52,618 bases of DNA from Octopus sinensis (Eukaryota). The notes under the pieces were generated by a model, which saw only the letters and a list, made by a program, of their open reading frames with translations, was not told the DNA's origin and did not search any database. The first letter of the stretch is position 1. Every line of letters begins with the position of its first letter. Positions 23,187-35,264 of this stretch are shown here, piece after piece. A program made the translations under genes and the position numbers. Location: positions 1 through 52,618 of the forward strand of contig NW_021833926.1 of the NCBI RefSeq assembly GCF_006345805.1, in the 5' to 3' direction.

Positions 23187-23318
23187 TAAAAATTTTTTAA
23201 ATTATGTCATTTTAAGAAAGGAAAAAAATTTTTCCAATATTCTCCAGACATTTTGACACAAATATATATATTTTTTAACATTTAAGCCTTCTGTCGTTTT
23301 TTCACACTTTACTATTTT

Positions 23319-23320
<2 letters not shown>

Positions 23321-23374
<54 letters not shown>

Positions 23375-23398
23375 TAAATTAGAGATACTACTCCCTAA

Positions 23399-23430
<32 letters not shown>
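23321..23430. repeat. (TA)n tracts flanking the right PLE end
   Basis: Direct reading. Confidence 0.95.
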
Positions 23431-23431
<1 letters not shown>

Positions 23432-24235
23432 CAAGCGCGCGCGCACGCATACATACACACACAAAAATTATATTGCAAAATTCATTATAACTTGCAGAGT
23501 CTTTCATCGAAAATACAGCAATGGTGCATCTGAATTCGTCAGATTTTTGTTGGAGCTGAGTTTTTGTCGCCTCAACAAATTGTTTGATGAACCTAGCCAT
23601 AGCCTTGCTCTACTTTATTTGCAACAACTTTTAAACTTCAAGTACTTTTGTAACAAAATAACAAGCCTCCTATTCTATTTTCTTTCTCTACTGTTACTAT
23701 ATGGCTAAATCCTATTGATTTTACACTGGCGCCTCACCACCGATTCACCCCTGTTAAATGCCGTTAGCTAAATCGCTAATCTAGACACTGTAGGCTTTGT
23801 AGGCCGAGAACTATGTGTCGGCTTCTCATAGCCTAGCTCGACGTTCTATTTAGGTCGACTTAAATCACAAGTGTTTTGTCACTACATTCAACCCATTAAA
23901 ATTGTGGACACACGCGTTCGGGGAATCCAGACGGGTTCTATAAGATCGTTTGAAATGTTCTGATTGTATTGGCTAGGCTTCTACACCCACTTCTCACATT
24001 GGCAAACCCAACACAATCCCAGCTTATCTTAAGCGTTATTCCAGTATCCCACTATTTGTAAAGAACAGAAAGTTTGAAAGAACGCTTTTAGATGCCTAAA
24101 AACACCTAGTCATAAGACTCTGTGCGTTCCTCTAATCTGCACCAAAAAACATATTTTAGGTGTGTTTTGATTGATGTTCCTTACATTCGACTTCAGGCGA
24201 TATACCTGGGCTCGGTTATAGTTGTAGTTATTCTA

Positions 24236-24271
<36 letters not shown>

Positions 24272-24419
24272 TTGTTGTTGTTGTTGTTAAGTTCAAAGTC
24301 AAATTTAATTCGGCTGACCCTAGAGAAGACACAGATACAACAGATAGTGAGATGGAGTTAAACGCTACGGAGTGTTTACTTTTGTTTTCTGTTCTCCATT
24401 CGAGATTTTGTCTACTTGG

Positions 24420-24756
24420 CTGGAACCTTCGTCGTCGTAACCGACGGTACACCGTCGGTTACGCCGACGAAGGTTCCAGTTGATCCAATCAACAGAACAG
24501 CTTGCACGTGAAATTAACGTACAAGTAACTGAGCACTCCACAGACACGCATACCCTTAACGTAGTTCACAGGCAAATTCAGCGTGGCACTGAATGTGATA
24601 AGGATACCCTTAGAATGACAGGCACAGCTCATTTGTCCAGTTGAGTGGGCTTGAGTGACGCGAAGTGAAGTATCTTGCCCAAGGACACAACGCGCCGCCG
24701 TTAATCAAATACACGATCGTGAGCCGAAATCTAAACCACTAAGCCACGCGCATCCA
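24420..24756 (-). mobile_element. SINE family B (tail type 2) with a terminal hairpin
   Basis: Reverse complement of the 17008-17320 architecture; its 3' end is duplicated in inverted orientation at 24420-24479. Confidence 0.85.
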
Positions 24757-24844
24757 TATGTTTGCTAAATAATTACACAGTTGTCAACATACATACATAC
24801 ATACATACATGCATACATGCATACATGCATACATACATACATAA

Positions 24845-25004
24845 TGGGCTTCTATAAGTTTCCGTCTACCAAATCCACTTACAGGGCTTTGGTCATCCTG
24901 TGGCTATAGTAGAAGACAGTTGCCCAAGGTGCCACACAGCGGGACTGAACCCAGAACCATGTGGCTGGGAAGCAAACTTCTTACCACACAGCCACTCCTG
25001 CGCC
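24845..25004 (-). mobile_element. SINE family C head
   Basis: Reverse complement ggcgcaggagtggctgtgtggtaagaagtttgcttcccagccac...gggttcagtccc...caccttgggcaactgtctt. Confidence 0.85.
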
Positions 25005-25042
25005 TATATATATATATATATATCTACACACACAAATTCATA

Positions 25043-25088
<46 letters not shown>

Positions 25089-28000
25089 CACACACACACA
25101 TATGTGTGTGTGTGCGCGCGTGTGTGTCTGTGTGTGTGTAGTACCATTATTGGTAAACATCCTACTATATAGAATCGATGGTTATCCGTTAGAACAGACA
25201 AAATCCAATGCTTTGCTACCGTTACCGCTGCCTGTTACGTAGCTTCTACTCGTTACATAAACCATAATAAACCATAACTTTGACACAGGATGATAAATGG
25301 TCTTTCTCTGATCAATGCACCCAATCCTTATCACATGCTTCAGATTCATACACTCGAACTATTTTCGAACTAGGAGAAATAATAGCGAAAAGAAACCCGT
25401 GAGAAGAAAAAATAACTTAATAAAATAGCTCTCTGTTTATTTGGCGTTGTGCTGTAGGTGCGATGGTTGTAGGGTGGCCAGAAACTATACAGAGCCATGT
25501 AATGTAGCTGATGGTGTTGAGTTACTCTTCTGTACGTTCTGCGTTCAAATCTGACAAGGAACGATCTTACTTTTTCTCCCTGGTGCCTAATGAAATAAAT
25601 ACCACCGTCCAGTCTGGAATCGAATCGATTCACTACATTTTGAATCTTCATGACTATAACATGAGGCCTTATTGCGGTGAAGTAGTAGAAAGGGAGAGGC
25701 GTTCGGTTAATGCCTAACAATATTTAGTTCCGTTGCTGCGCGTTCTGAGTTCAAATCCTACCGCTGTTAATTCTAATTAATCTCAGTACAGACTGATGTT
25801 AAAAGAATATATGAAAGTATAAGTAACAAGCTGTTGTTGATCCTAGTCACTAGCTTTTCCATTGCAAGGGGCCATAGAAAAAAAAATCTATGTTATATTA
25901 AGTGTAAATTAGGGAGCTGGTAGAATAGTTAGCACGCCAGGCAAAATGAACGTATGAATACATGCATGTGTGTGTATGTATGTTATTTTTTACGCCGCTG
26001 TATGTATGTTATTTTTTTCCCCGCTTCTGGCAGATTTCGTCCTATTCTCAGTATTTTGGGAGGATCGAGAACCAGTTGATGCTTGTTGTCGGAACTGTTT
26101 CGCCGTGAAGGTACGATTTAGGCTGGAGAAGTTGGCATATTTCTAGAGGAAGATGTTCAAAACGGACTTCTTAAACGGTCCTCTACACCTGCACGTCCGA
26201 TGTTGACGGCACCAGTTTGCATGTATGTATGTATGTATGCATGCATGCATGTATGTATGTATGTATGTATGCATGCATGCATGTATGTATGTATGTATGT
26301 ATGCATGTATGTGAGTACACATAAGGTATTTAGATGAATGCTGGGTATGTGTTCAGTTTGAAAACAGACAGACCTCCGTGTTGAATAAATGAATATAAAT
26401 AGTAGTGGTTGATTGGCAACGTCTAGGGTATGTAGCATAACAGTATCCTATGAGTCCTTCTTTCGTAATAACGATAGGGTGTGAATTGTGTGAGATTTGG
26501 CTGCTGTTTATTATAGGTCGATCGATCGCATTAGGGCTCCTTTATGAAGTCAGTGGTAAAAAAGAATGCATTTGAGAGTTATTATTGAGAGTTATTTTGT
26601 ACGGCAGCGAAGGGATTTTAAAGAATTAAGTATATTTGCCGTGTGTTGAAGCTATTTCCAAACAAGCGGTGTACAGCATCGAATTTAAAGGTATGGAAAA
26701 TGAAACTTCAATCTAATTTGGTGAAGATAGTGTTTGTCATTTAGCTTTTGACAATAATGTTAATTGAGGGCATTAATTGAAGAAAATCTAATAGTTACTC
26801 CTTTGAATATAGCTCAGTAATTGAGTATTGTTAAGGCCACAATATGGAATCGGTTAAAGGAATATTTGAAATAACTGAACAAGTGGGTTCCAGTTAATTT
26901 AAGAAAGATCAGAAAAAAATTCCATTTGACTAAGAAAGTGAGTGAAAGTGAGAGAGAGAGAGTCTGTGTGTGTCAGTGTGTATGTGTGTGACGCTTCTTT
27001 CACATAATAAAAGTGAAGTATTTCTCAGCCACTTAATACCATGCGATGAAATGTGGAATCTGTATAAGAGCCGGAAGCGCTGTGTACATGGGCTTGATTA
27101 TAAAAAAAGCCTCTTCTTTTAGATTCTCCAAAAATTGCATTTATAAAAATATTCTGATTACTGCGAAATGTATAACTCTGGTCACTCATCATAACTGCCA
27201 AAGATTTCTACTCTTAACAAGAAATACGCAAAGAGTGAGACGCCCATGCATTTCTTAAGAAGGACATTAGGCTTACGTCTACCATCACGAATAGAATCGA
27301 GACCGAGGTTTGAACTCAGACGTCGAGGTCTTATATATACTCTGCGCCGCTCATCCTATAAAATAATACTTTTGACTCCTCCAAGTTGCAGAAAGCCAAA
27401 TTTTGTTATGGTTAATCTTCTGCAAACTGAATAGATGTTATTATATCATAGGTATCTTTACAAACCCATCAGGGAACATTTATGTGGCATCTCTACCTGC
27501 CAGGAATAGCTGCCAGATCTCCCTCAAAATCAAACGTCACTATCTAAGTAAACAATATGTCGGTCCTCTATGCACTGTATCAGAGAAAAAGACAAGTATA
27601 GTCACAGCTGATCATATATATGCTCGATAACAAATGAGCTAGGGCTTAACATCAACAACCCACTAGTAGTTGGTACTTATATATTGACTACTGGTTGAAT
27701 AATATACCAAATGTACTCTGATCGTATTTGAACTCAGAACGTAAAACTTATAACCTGAACCTGTAAAACCTGTCAGCGCACAGCCTTTGCGCCAACATCT
27801 ATATAGTGAAATTTCAGCATACTGTTGCTGGTTGTATCTTGGTTGTAAACAAGCTTATCTACGTAGACCAGTTGTGAGTCTGACATGGTGCTCTTGTAGT
27901 CCGATGATTATCTCCGGGCGTCGAAACCTAAGCGGGATTTGAACTCGGAATGCAAAGAGTTGGAATGTGTGTCGCAAAACAACTTACTTGACGGTCACAC

Positions 28001-28254
28001 AAATCAGCCAATCCACCAATCTGGGCCGGCAGTTCAGTTATGCACTTTGAATAGAATGAAAAGCATAGTTAAAATTGGAGGGATTTAAATCCAGATCATT
28101 AAGATTTGGAATACCGCAAGACATCTATACAATGCTATAAGATATCTTCCAATTCGCTGCCCTTTAAATATAGGACTATTTGATTTCTAACATTGTTAAA
28201 ATGCTACATATTTTAAGGGTATCATGTACACCACTACTTGATAATTACTTAATA

Positions 28255-28470
28255 TTGGTTTCAAATTTTGGCACCAGGCCAGCAATTTCGATGGAAGGGT
28301 AAGTCGATTACATCGATCCCCGTGCTCAACTGGTAATTATTTTATTCACTCCGAAAGGATGAAAAGCATAGACGACTTTTGCGGTATTTGATCTCCGAAC
28401 GTAACGACGAACGAAATGCCGCTTAGCATTTTGCCAAGCGTGCTAACGAGTCTACTAGCTCGCCGCTTTA
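28255..28470 (-). mobile_element. SINE family A, single-module copy
   Basis: Head (reverse complement of ggcgagctagtagactcgttagcac), core and terminal tail. Confidence 0.85.
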
Positions 28471-29709
28471 TTGCTTGTCAATGACTTTATATTATCAACT
28501 GAGAGTAGAAAAAATAAAGTTAACGCCGACCGAGTTTGTGCTCCAGACTGAAAAAGACCGTCACTAACTACCTTAATGTGCTTTGTCTGCACTGCTAATG
28601 AGCTTTCCAATCTACAGCCCCTTAAAAAATATTTAAATATTAATTAATATACACTGCAATTCAGAACATCGGGAATTTGGAGAAGTTATGAAATCTCCAC
28701 TTTGCCATTGCGGATAAAATGAAATTAAAATGTCTGATTTCCGAGTGGAGATCGAAACAGTTTCTTGATTTTGTGTGTTTTAATGTCCTCCTGCTTTATG
28801 TCAGTCTCAACAAAATCAGAAACACTCATCATATTGTTTAGTTAATTAAACGAAAAGCTCATAAATTATTTATGAGCTTTAATGAAGTATATACTTAACA
28901 TCAACAATATTAATTCAATTTAAATGATATTACTTGAGAAATCGTATATTTTAACGAACAGTGTGAACCAAATTACAATAACAGTAACAATGACAATAGC
29001 AATAGCAGTAAATTCAAAATTGTTAGCAAATATAACTTATTGTATTGAGAAATAGAAGAGGGCGAGTTGGCACAAACGTTACAGCGTTTTATTAAATGGG
29101 CCCATACTCGGACGGTGGATAAACAAAACAGTTAACGCATCAAACAAGTTGCTTTGCGGTATTTGTTCCAGCACTTTACGTTATTAGTTCAAATGTTGCC
29201 AAAGTAGACATTACATTTACATCTTCCAAGGTCGAAAGGACAAAGATCCAGTCAAGTACAGGTGTCAGTTTAACTACTTAGCACCTTACTCCAAGTTTGT
29301 AGGAATGTTAGGGACGAATAACTGTCCCACAGCATTGTTCGTCTAATCCTATTTTGTTTTATGTAATTTTTATACGGCCGTGAGCAAAAGTAGGTATACG
29401 GTTCCTTAATATGAGTAGAATTTTCTTTTCATTTCTCTATTTCTTTTTTATGATAACAAATGAGAATATTTTAATCATATTAAGCAACTGGGCACCTATT
29501 TTTGCTCACCTGGGGTGGTATATCCCAAGCTTAAAATCAAATTGTACTATAAGACCAGGATTCAAACAGTAATGCAAAAATAAGCATAACTTTTATTATT
29601 AACGGGTACAGGTCGTTTAAATCGGACATATTGATACAGAAACTCTTCTTTTATAGCAACTCTTCTTCCTGTTTCTTCTTCACTGCTGGCAAATAATGGG
29701 TTCCAAGCA

Positions 29710-29845
29710 AGAGGCAAAACGATGTCACTGAATTTTCGACAAACGATGGAGAGCAGTCTGTCCGATATCCACACAAGATTACAAGCTATTTACGGAGAAG
29801 ACACTTTTGACAAGAACAATGTGCACAAATGGATAAAGCCATTAA
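29710..29845 (+). pseudogene. Mariner transposase N-terminal HTH remnant
   Basis: RQNDVTEF (frameshift) SDIHTRLQAIYGEDTFDKNNVHKWIK matches the mariner IHxRLxxVYGExxxSxxxVxxW pattern. Confidence 0.65.
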
Positions 29846-31299
29846 AAAAAAGGAGAAACCATCACACACATACATACGCACACATAGTGGGATAGTGTGT
29901 GTGAGAGAGAGAGAGAAAGAGAGAGACATACATGAAACAAAATGCATAACGAATGAAGGAAAAGAGCTTATGGGAAAGCATTCCCTGAGTGAAGACCAGC
30001 GATACGCACCCAGGCAAGTTGCACGGTTCTACCAAAACAGAACTTCAGACGAAGGACTTTTTCTTTATCAACACGAGGTCCTACACGGTTATCTTATCAC
30101 AAAAGTTCAATGAGTTAATGTCAAAAATAAACAAAATAGTCTATCTTGGTTCAGCATCTAGTATTTTAGCTTTCACAGACAAAAAATAAATAGAATACTT
30201 GATGTGCAAAAGAGATATGACTGCAGGTGAATCAACTGAATGTGACAATCGTTACAGCTGTACAAAAATAGCATTAATATAGTATCTATTTACGACATTA
30301 TGAGGCATAATACTATGCATCAGGCGTAGCTGCCCTTTGTGAGAAGCAGGCCGCATGAGGCATGGCTCACTACCAAAACATAATTCAAAGTAATTTTTCG
30401 TTAGGCCTACCATTCAAAAGTCCAACTGGCTGCAGTTTGCCCAATGCTGTCCAATACGATACTATATTATACATATTATATATTAGCTCTTGTTATTAAT
30501 ACTACTTCTCTAATAAATATTTTTTTAAGAAGCTCACTGGTTAATCGCGACGTCAGCGTCTGTTCTGGTACTGTTATTTTGTATATCGGTGACGGGGAGA
30601 TGAGTCGCTGCTATCTCTTGCGGTCGAGCGTCTATCATTAACAAGACCAAGGAAGGTCGAAATCACATGATCTGGTGGTCTTGGAGCCGGAGATAGTGAG
30701 AATTTATCTCCCCGCTAGCGATATAAACAAGAGTGAATTTTGCACCAAAAGCCAATATGAGAGTTTCTCTCGTGGTAACTACCGTAGTATAGTTTGTTCT
30801 AACAGAACATTCACGTTTGAATGGAGATATTACCTCTCTATATGATACTATGGTTGTTACAAGTTGAATGGTTTGAAGCGTTCAGAGAGGGACACTTGTG
30901 TTGGTACGTTTTGTACGGTGTTCTTTTTACATTTTTTTTCTTCAGTTCAAGCCAAGAATCGAACTTTTCGTGCACAAGAGGTGCTCTGGTTAATGATATG
31001 GAAAGGAAGGAGCAGTAAATATCAATTTCTAACAAATAGAGTTGTGGTCATGTGTCAAGATATTTTGTATCAAGTAATTGGTAGCAGCACAGTATACACT
31101 GTGAAAATATCCCTGCAATCAATTAAATGAATGAGTCAACGGGGTTTTTCGAACTATAGTCAATTGATTACTCTAGACCTATTTGTCAAACATAAACTTG
31201 ATAGATTACATCCTATTGTGTAAACCACAGCAAACAGCAGCCAAAGTACAGGATATGATCAATTTGATAAAATATTTCGTTGGATATAGACTGAATATA

Positions 31300-32320
31300 C
31301 AAAACATTGACTCCATGTGTACTGGAGATATACCGGCTGTGTTGAAGAATTAATCAGGGTTCACTGGGCTCTTGAGAATGAAGATACAAGACATGCACGT
31401 TACAATGGTTTCTCGGCCGATACGAGTTTGCTCCGTAAACTTTGCTTCAGAATATACAAGAAATTTTGACTAGTGTTAAGATTGTGATTATATAATCAGC
31501 GAATGTTTTTGAGCCACAGTTCATTCCAATCATGGGCTGTAAACATGGTTCTCTTTCCTTGGTTATCTCGTGAACCGAACCGTGTGTTTGAGTTTCGAGA
31601 AGAGACTTAAGACCTTTTTAGACGAACAAAATTTGACGACTTCTCGTACAATTCTTCAGAGTTTGTACAAATGTTGGCATATCTCTCTGACAAATTCATT
31701 CGATTGTACTGAATATTTCGCTTCAAGAAAATAATGATTTCCAAATAAAGTTATTACAAATGAGGAGCTGGCCTCCTTCAAAGAGAAAATTTCTTCGCAG
31801 ACGACTAATACTGAGAAAAGGAATTTGGCTAAGTTCCCGTCATTGGAAGAAATTGTTACTGAAGATGGATCATTGATTCCAGACGTTGCTGCCACAATAA
31901 GCTGTTAGCTCGAAATACTGTTAAATAGTTTTGAAGGTTAGTTTTCTACTGGAGATTTAGGCGTCGGTGGCTGCTGAATACGGAATCGATTTCGCTTCAA
32001 AATTAATGATATTCCAGACGAAGATCTTTTAAAAGAAGAAATCATTGACATAAAAAATAATCAGGCATCACAAATGGATTTTGAAGCAAAATCCCAAGAA
32101 AGCTTTTGAGTAACACAAATCGAAATATTGCTAAATCTTGCAAAAAGAATGAAAAAAGAAAGCAAAGCACTTGAAGTTGTTCTGTTTGCGACAACATACC
32201 TTGGCAAAGTAGGGTCTTCGCCCCTACATCGAGACAAAATTCAAAACAAACTTCTTCAGGCTCAGCATGAAACCCGGATTACTCTCAAGACCAATGCACC
32301 ATCAAACGCAACAACATTAG
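31300..32320 (+). pseudogene. hAT (Buster/Charlie-like) transposase fossil
   Basis: Ordered motifs CTGDIPAV, WLSRE..RVFEFREE, LAYLSD, ASFKEKI, KFPSL, IRNRF, EEIIDI...SF* and LFATTYLGKVGSS correspond to CTDGAPAM, WLSRG, LAYLxDIF, WIRNPF and PFATTYLCExGFS; many stops; followed by a SINE at 32328. Confidence 0.8.
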
Positions 32321-32327
32321 GCGACTT

Positions 32328-32536
32328 GGAGGCGCAATGGCCCAGTGGCTAAGGCAACGGACTCACGGCCGTAAAACGCGGTTTCGATTCCCAGTCCGGG
32401 CATTGTGAGTGTTTATTGAACAAAAACACCTAAGCTCCACGAGGCTCCGTGTGTCTTTGTGTCTGTGTGTGTCCCCCACCACCACTTGACAACCGGTGTT
32501 GGTGTGTTCGCGTCCCCGTAACTTAGAGGTTTGGCA
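32328..32536 (+). mobile_element. Chimeric SINE: ggaggcgcaatggcc head joined to a family D tail
   Basis: The head matches the reverse complement of 34480-34620; the tail (gtcccccaccaccacttgacaaccggtgttggtgtgttcgcgtccccgtaacttag) matches the reverse complement of 38985-39060. Confidence 0.75.
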
Positions 32537-32539
32537 CTG

Positions 32540-32983
32540 GTGTTATTGTTCGTGGTGGTTTCAATGTTAACAATAATTAGTGTGGTAGTCATTGTGTTCG
32601 AGGGATGATAGGGAGATGCTGGCAGAGGTAGTGATGTATGGTTTGGGGTGGGGGCTAGTGATAATGGTATATACGCTAGTGTTGGTGGTGATAAAAGTGA
32701 TACTCCTGTTGATGATGATGGTGATGATGATAATATTGATGTTGGGGATATTAATACTGATGGTGGTGTTGATGCTGGTGCTGGTGCTGGTGTGGGTGAT
32801 GGTGGTGTTCTTATAGTTGTTGTTGTTGGTGGTAGTGTGGGTAATATTGGGAATCGGTGATGGTGGTTTTGATGAAGATGGTGATGATGATAATATTGAC
32901 ATTGGGGATATGATGATGATGATGGTGGTGATGTTGATGCTGGTGCTAGTGCTGGTGCTGGTTGAGTGTTGTTGCTGTGGTTG

Positions 32984-33015
<32 letters not shown>

Positions 33016-33560
33016 GGTGGTGGTGGTGTGGGTAATATTGGGAATCGGTGATGGTGGTGGGGATGATGGCGGTGACGGTGATGATGATGATGATGATGAT
33101 GAGACGACGACAATGGCTACGATGACATCGGTGATGACGATGATGAGGGTGATGTTGGCTATACTGATGATGATGATGTGATGCTGATATTGCGAATATT
33201 GGGGAAATGGTAACGATTGTGATGATGATGATGATGACGATGATGATGATGATTATGATGATGATACGTCGATTGCGGCCAACAAGTACTGTTTGAATGG
33301 TGATTGCTTGACTAAACATTCTATACTGATAAATGTCAACAGGAGGAAGGGTATAACAATTCCGTCACATACATCACATAATGGTTTGTGGCGGTTGAGG
33401 CGGCGGCAGCGGCGGCAGCGGCGGCGGCTACGATGGCAATGACAGTGATGGCGGTGACAGCGATGATGATAGTGGTAATGCTGGTACTGCTGCTGCTGCT
33501 GCTGCCGTTGCTAATGCTGGTTGTCGTCATCGTCGTCGTCGTCATCATCTCGGCGTATTC
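32540..33560. repeat. (GAT)/(GGT)/(GCG)n low-complexity region with internal duplications
   Basis: gtgggtaatattgggaatcggtgatggtgg occurs twice (~32837, ~33028). Confidence 0.9.
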
Positions 33561-33634
33561 TCTAGGAAACACTCTACAGTACTTCTTTAACCATCTTTAG
33601 ACAAAAAAGAAAACATACTGTGCTGTTTCGATAT

Positions 33635-34020
33635 CTACACAACACGTACAGTAACTACATGTTATCAACGCAGCCCTGTACGGTACTGTACCGTATTAGT
33701 GTTTCTCTATACAAAACTTGTTCGTTGCTGTAGTATTCTCTATACAATGAGCCACTGTACGGCTGCCATTTCTACATAACAACATACAGTATACATGTAC
33801 TCTCTACACAATACACCACTGTACGGCAGTTTCCTTTACACAATACAGTACAGTATAGCTGTAATATCTACACAATAAAGCACTGTACTGCCGTCTACTC
33901 TACACAATGAACCATTGATCAGTCGTTTTCTCTACTCAGTAATGAATTGTACAGCTCTCTTCTCAACGCAATACACATTTCTGATGCAGAATTCTCCACA
34001 AGATACTCTATAGCTCTGTT
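33635..34020. repeat. Diverged 32-bp minisatellite, ~12 units
   Basis: ctacacaa-type unit starts at 33740, 33772, 33804, 33836, 33868, 33900, 33932, 33964 and 33996 (exact 32-bp phase), with looser units at 33635, 33666 and 33707. Confidence 0.85.
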
Positions 34021-34247
34021 ATATTTTATCGTCACAGCATTGAACTTTGTATCTATGTTCTCTCAACAACTAGTTGGTTGTTGTTGTTGTTGTTACTGCT
34101 GCTGCTGCTGTTGTTGTTGTTGTTCTTCTTCTTCTTCTTCCAATCAGGACTTACGCCATTAGCCACAAAGAATAATCTCTAGTTCGAGCCTACTCTAAGC
34201 TACTAAGAATGCGTGTGACAACTTGAAGATCCTCCACCCACCACACG

Positions 34248-34620
34248 CGATAGACTGGCGGTTCCACGGGCGTGAAAGCTACGTTGTTATCCTCATTCCG
34301 TAAACGGTGGCTTTTAACGGGTGGAGAGCTGAACCATCCTGGGGTACAGAGGATTCGCAATCTAGACAAGGGTCTGAAAGTTTACCACACAATAGTGGGT
34401 TACACCATGGTTTCTCTGCTTTGTGGCAGAAGCAGGAAGAAAGACTGAGAGAAAGTTGTGGTGAAAGAGTACAGCGGGGTTCACCACCACCCCGCCGGAG
34501 CGTCGTGGAGTTTAGGTGTTTTTGCTCAATAAACACTCACAATGTCCGGTCTGGGAATCGAAACCGCGTTCTTACGACCGCAAGTCCGCTGCCCTAACCA
34601 CTGAGCCATTGCGCCTCCAC
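34248..34620 (-). mobile_element. tRNA-derived SINE with ggaggcgcaatggc head
   Basis: Minus strand ggaggcgcaatggctcagtggttagggcagcggacttgcgg...cggtttcgattccc; middle shared with 15545-15835. Confidence 0.8.
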
Positions 34621-35264
34621 TATTGTTGTTGTTGTTTAAATCCAGGTATGCCCCCAATAACCATTCTATCTTTTTGTTCGAAAAAAGAAAAAGTTCACTG
34701 CATTATCCGATATATGTCTCTCTTTACGATGTTGGATGTGATTTAAGAGAAATTTGGCTGCTGTATCTAGCAGGTTGAACATCTGTGTAGAGGTTCAATT
34801 ATTGACTTTTGTTTGGAAAAGTTGACAGTTTTTCCGTTTTTCGCTCACCGCATGACTTAACATTAAATGAAGATGGCGGGGTAAGGAAATTTAAGATGAC
34901 TGCATTGTCAGAAATGTCACGTGGAATGTGAATCCAAATGTCCAGTCTTCAGCAAGAGAATGTATTAAAAAATACAGTAAAGATATCTCATTTTGCTATA
35001 GATTTTCGTCGATCCTCATACACTTTAGACACGATTTTTATTTTTGCTTTTATTAAGCTCTCTTCTAATTATTTCCTATTCTTTCGTTACGATATTTTCG
35101 CTTATAATTACGTTATAAATTAAATACATTTCTTTATAGATATTGTTATTATAAATGAGAAGTAATTAATCTTGTAATTACCATAATATTTCATTTCTGT
35201 AAACTAACTGCAAATTTTATTATTGATTTCAGTGATAGTATTACTCGTTATAAAGTATATCAAG

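Larger units (their letters stand above)
20565..23327 (+). mobile_element. Penelope-like retroelement, right copy (5'-truncated, 3' end in (TA)n)
   Basis: 406-aa RT ORF, downstream GIY-YIG and 3' UTR with hammerhead motif, ending ttttcttatata into (TA)n. Confidence 0.95.

Noticed and set aside
17596-23327. The PLE palindrome as a missed-adapter or fold-back read artefact
   Set aside because: An artefact should mirror the flanks as well. Here mirroring stops at the element ends, with a 206-bp asymmetric centre and a 35-nt end difference. Not formally excluded without reads.
29381-29515. Possible tiny Tc1-like MITE (gtgagcaaaagtagg / cctatttttgctcac)
   Set aside because: The inverted match is short, the outer termini do not correspond, and there is no clear TA duplication.
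29989-30189. ORF GKLHGSTKT...RSYTVILSQKFNELM as a PLE RT finger remnant
   Set aside because: The resemblance to xLYGLPKIHK...SYxLS is faint, with no further motifs; it needs a profile search.
34170-34210. Minus-strand gagtaggctcgaac resembling the 17417-17434 motif
   Set aside because: No CUGANGA-like core or supporting stems; the match is too short.
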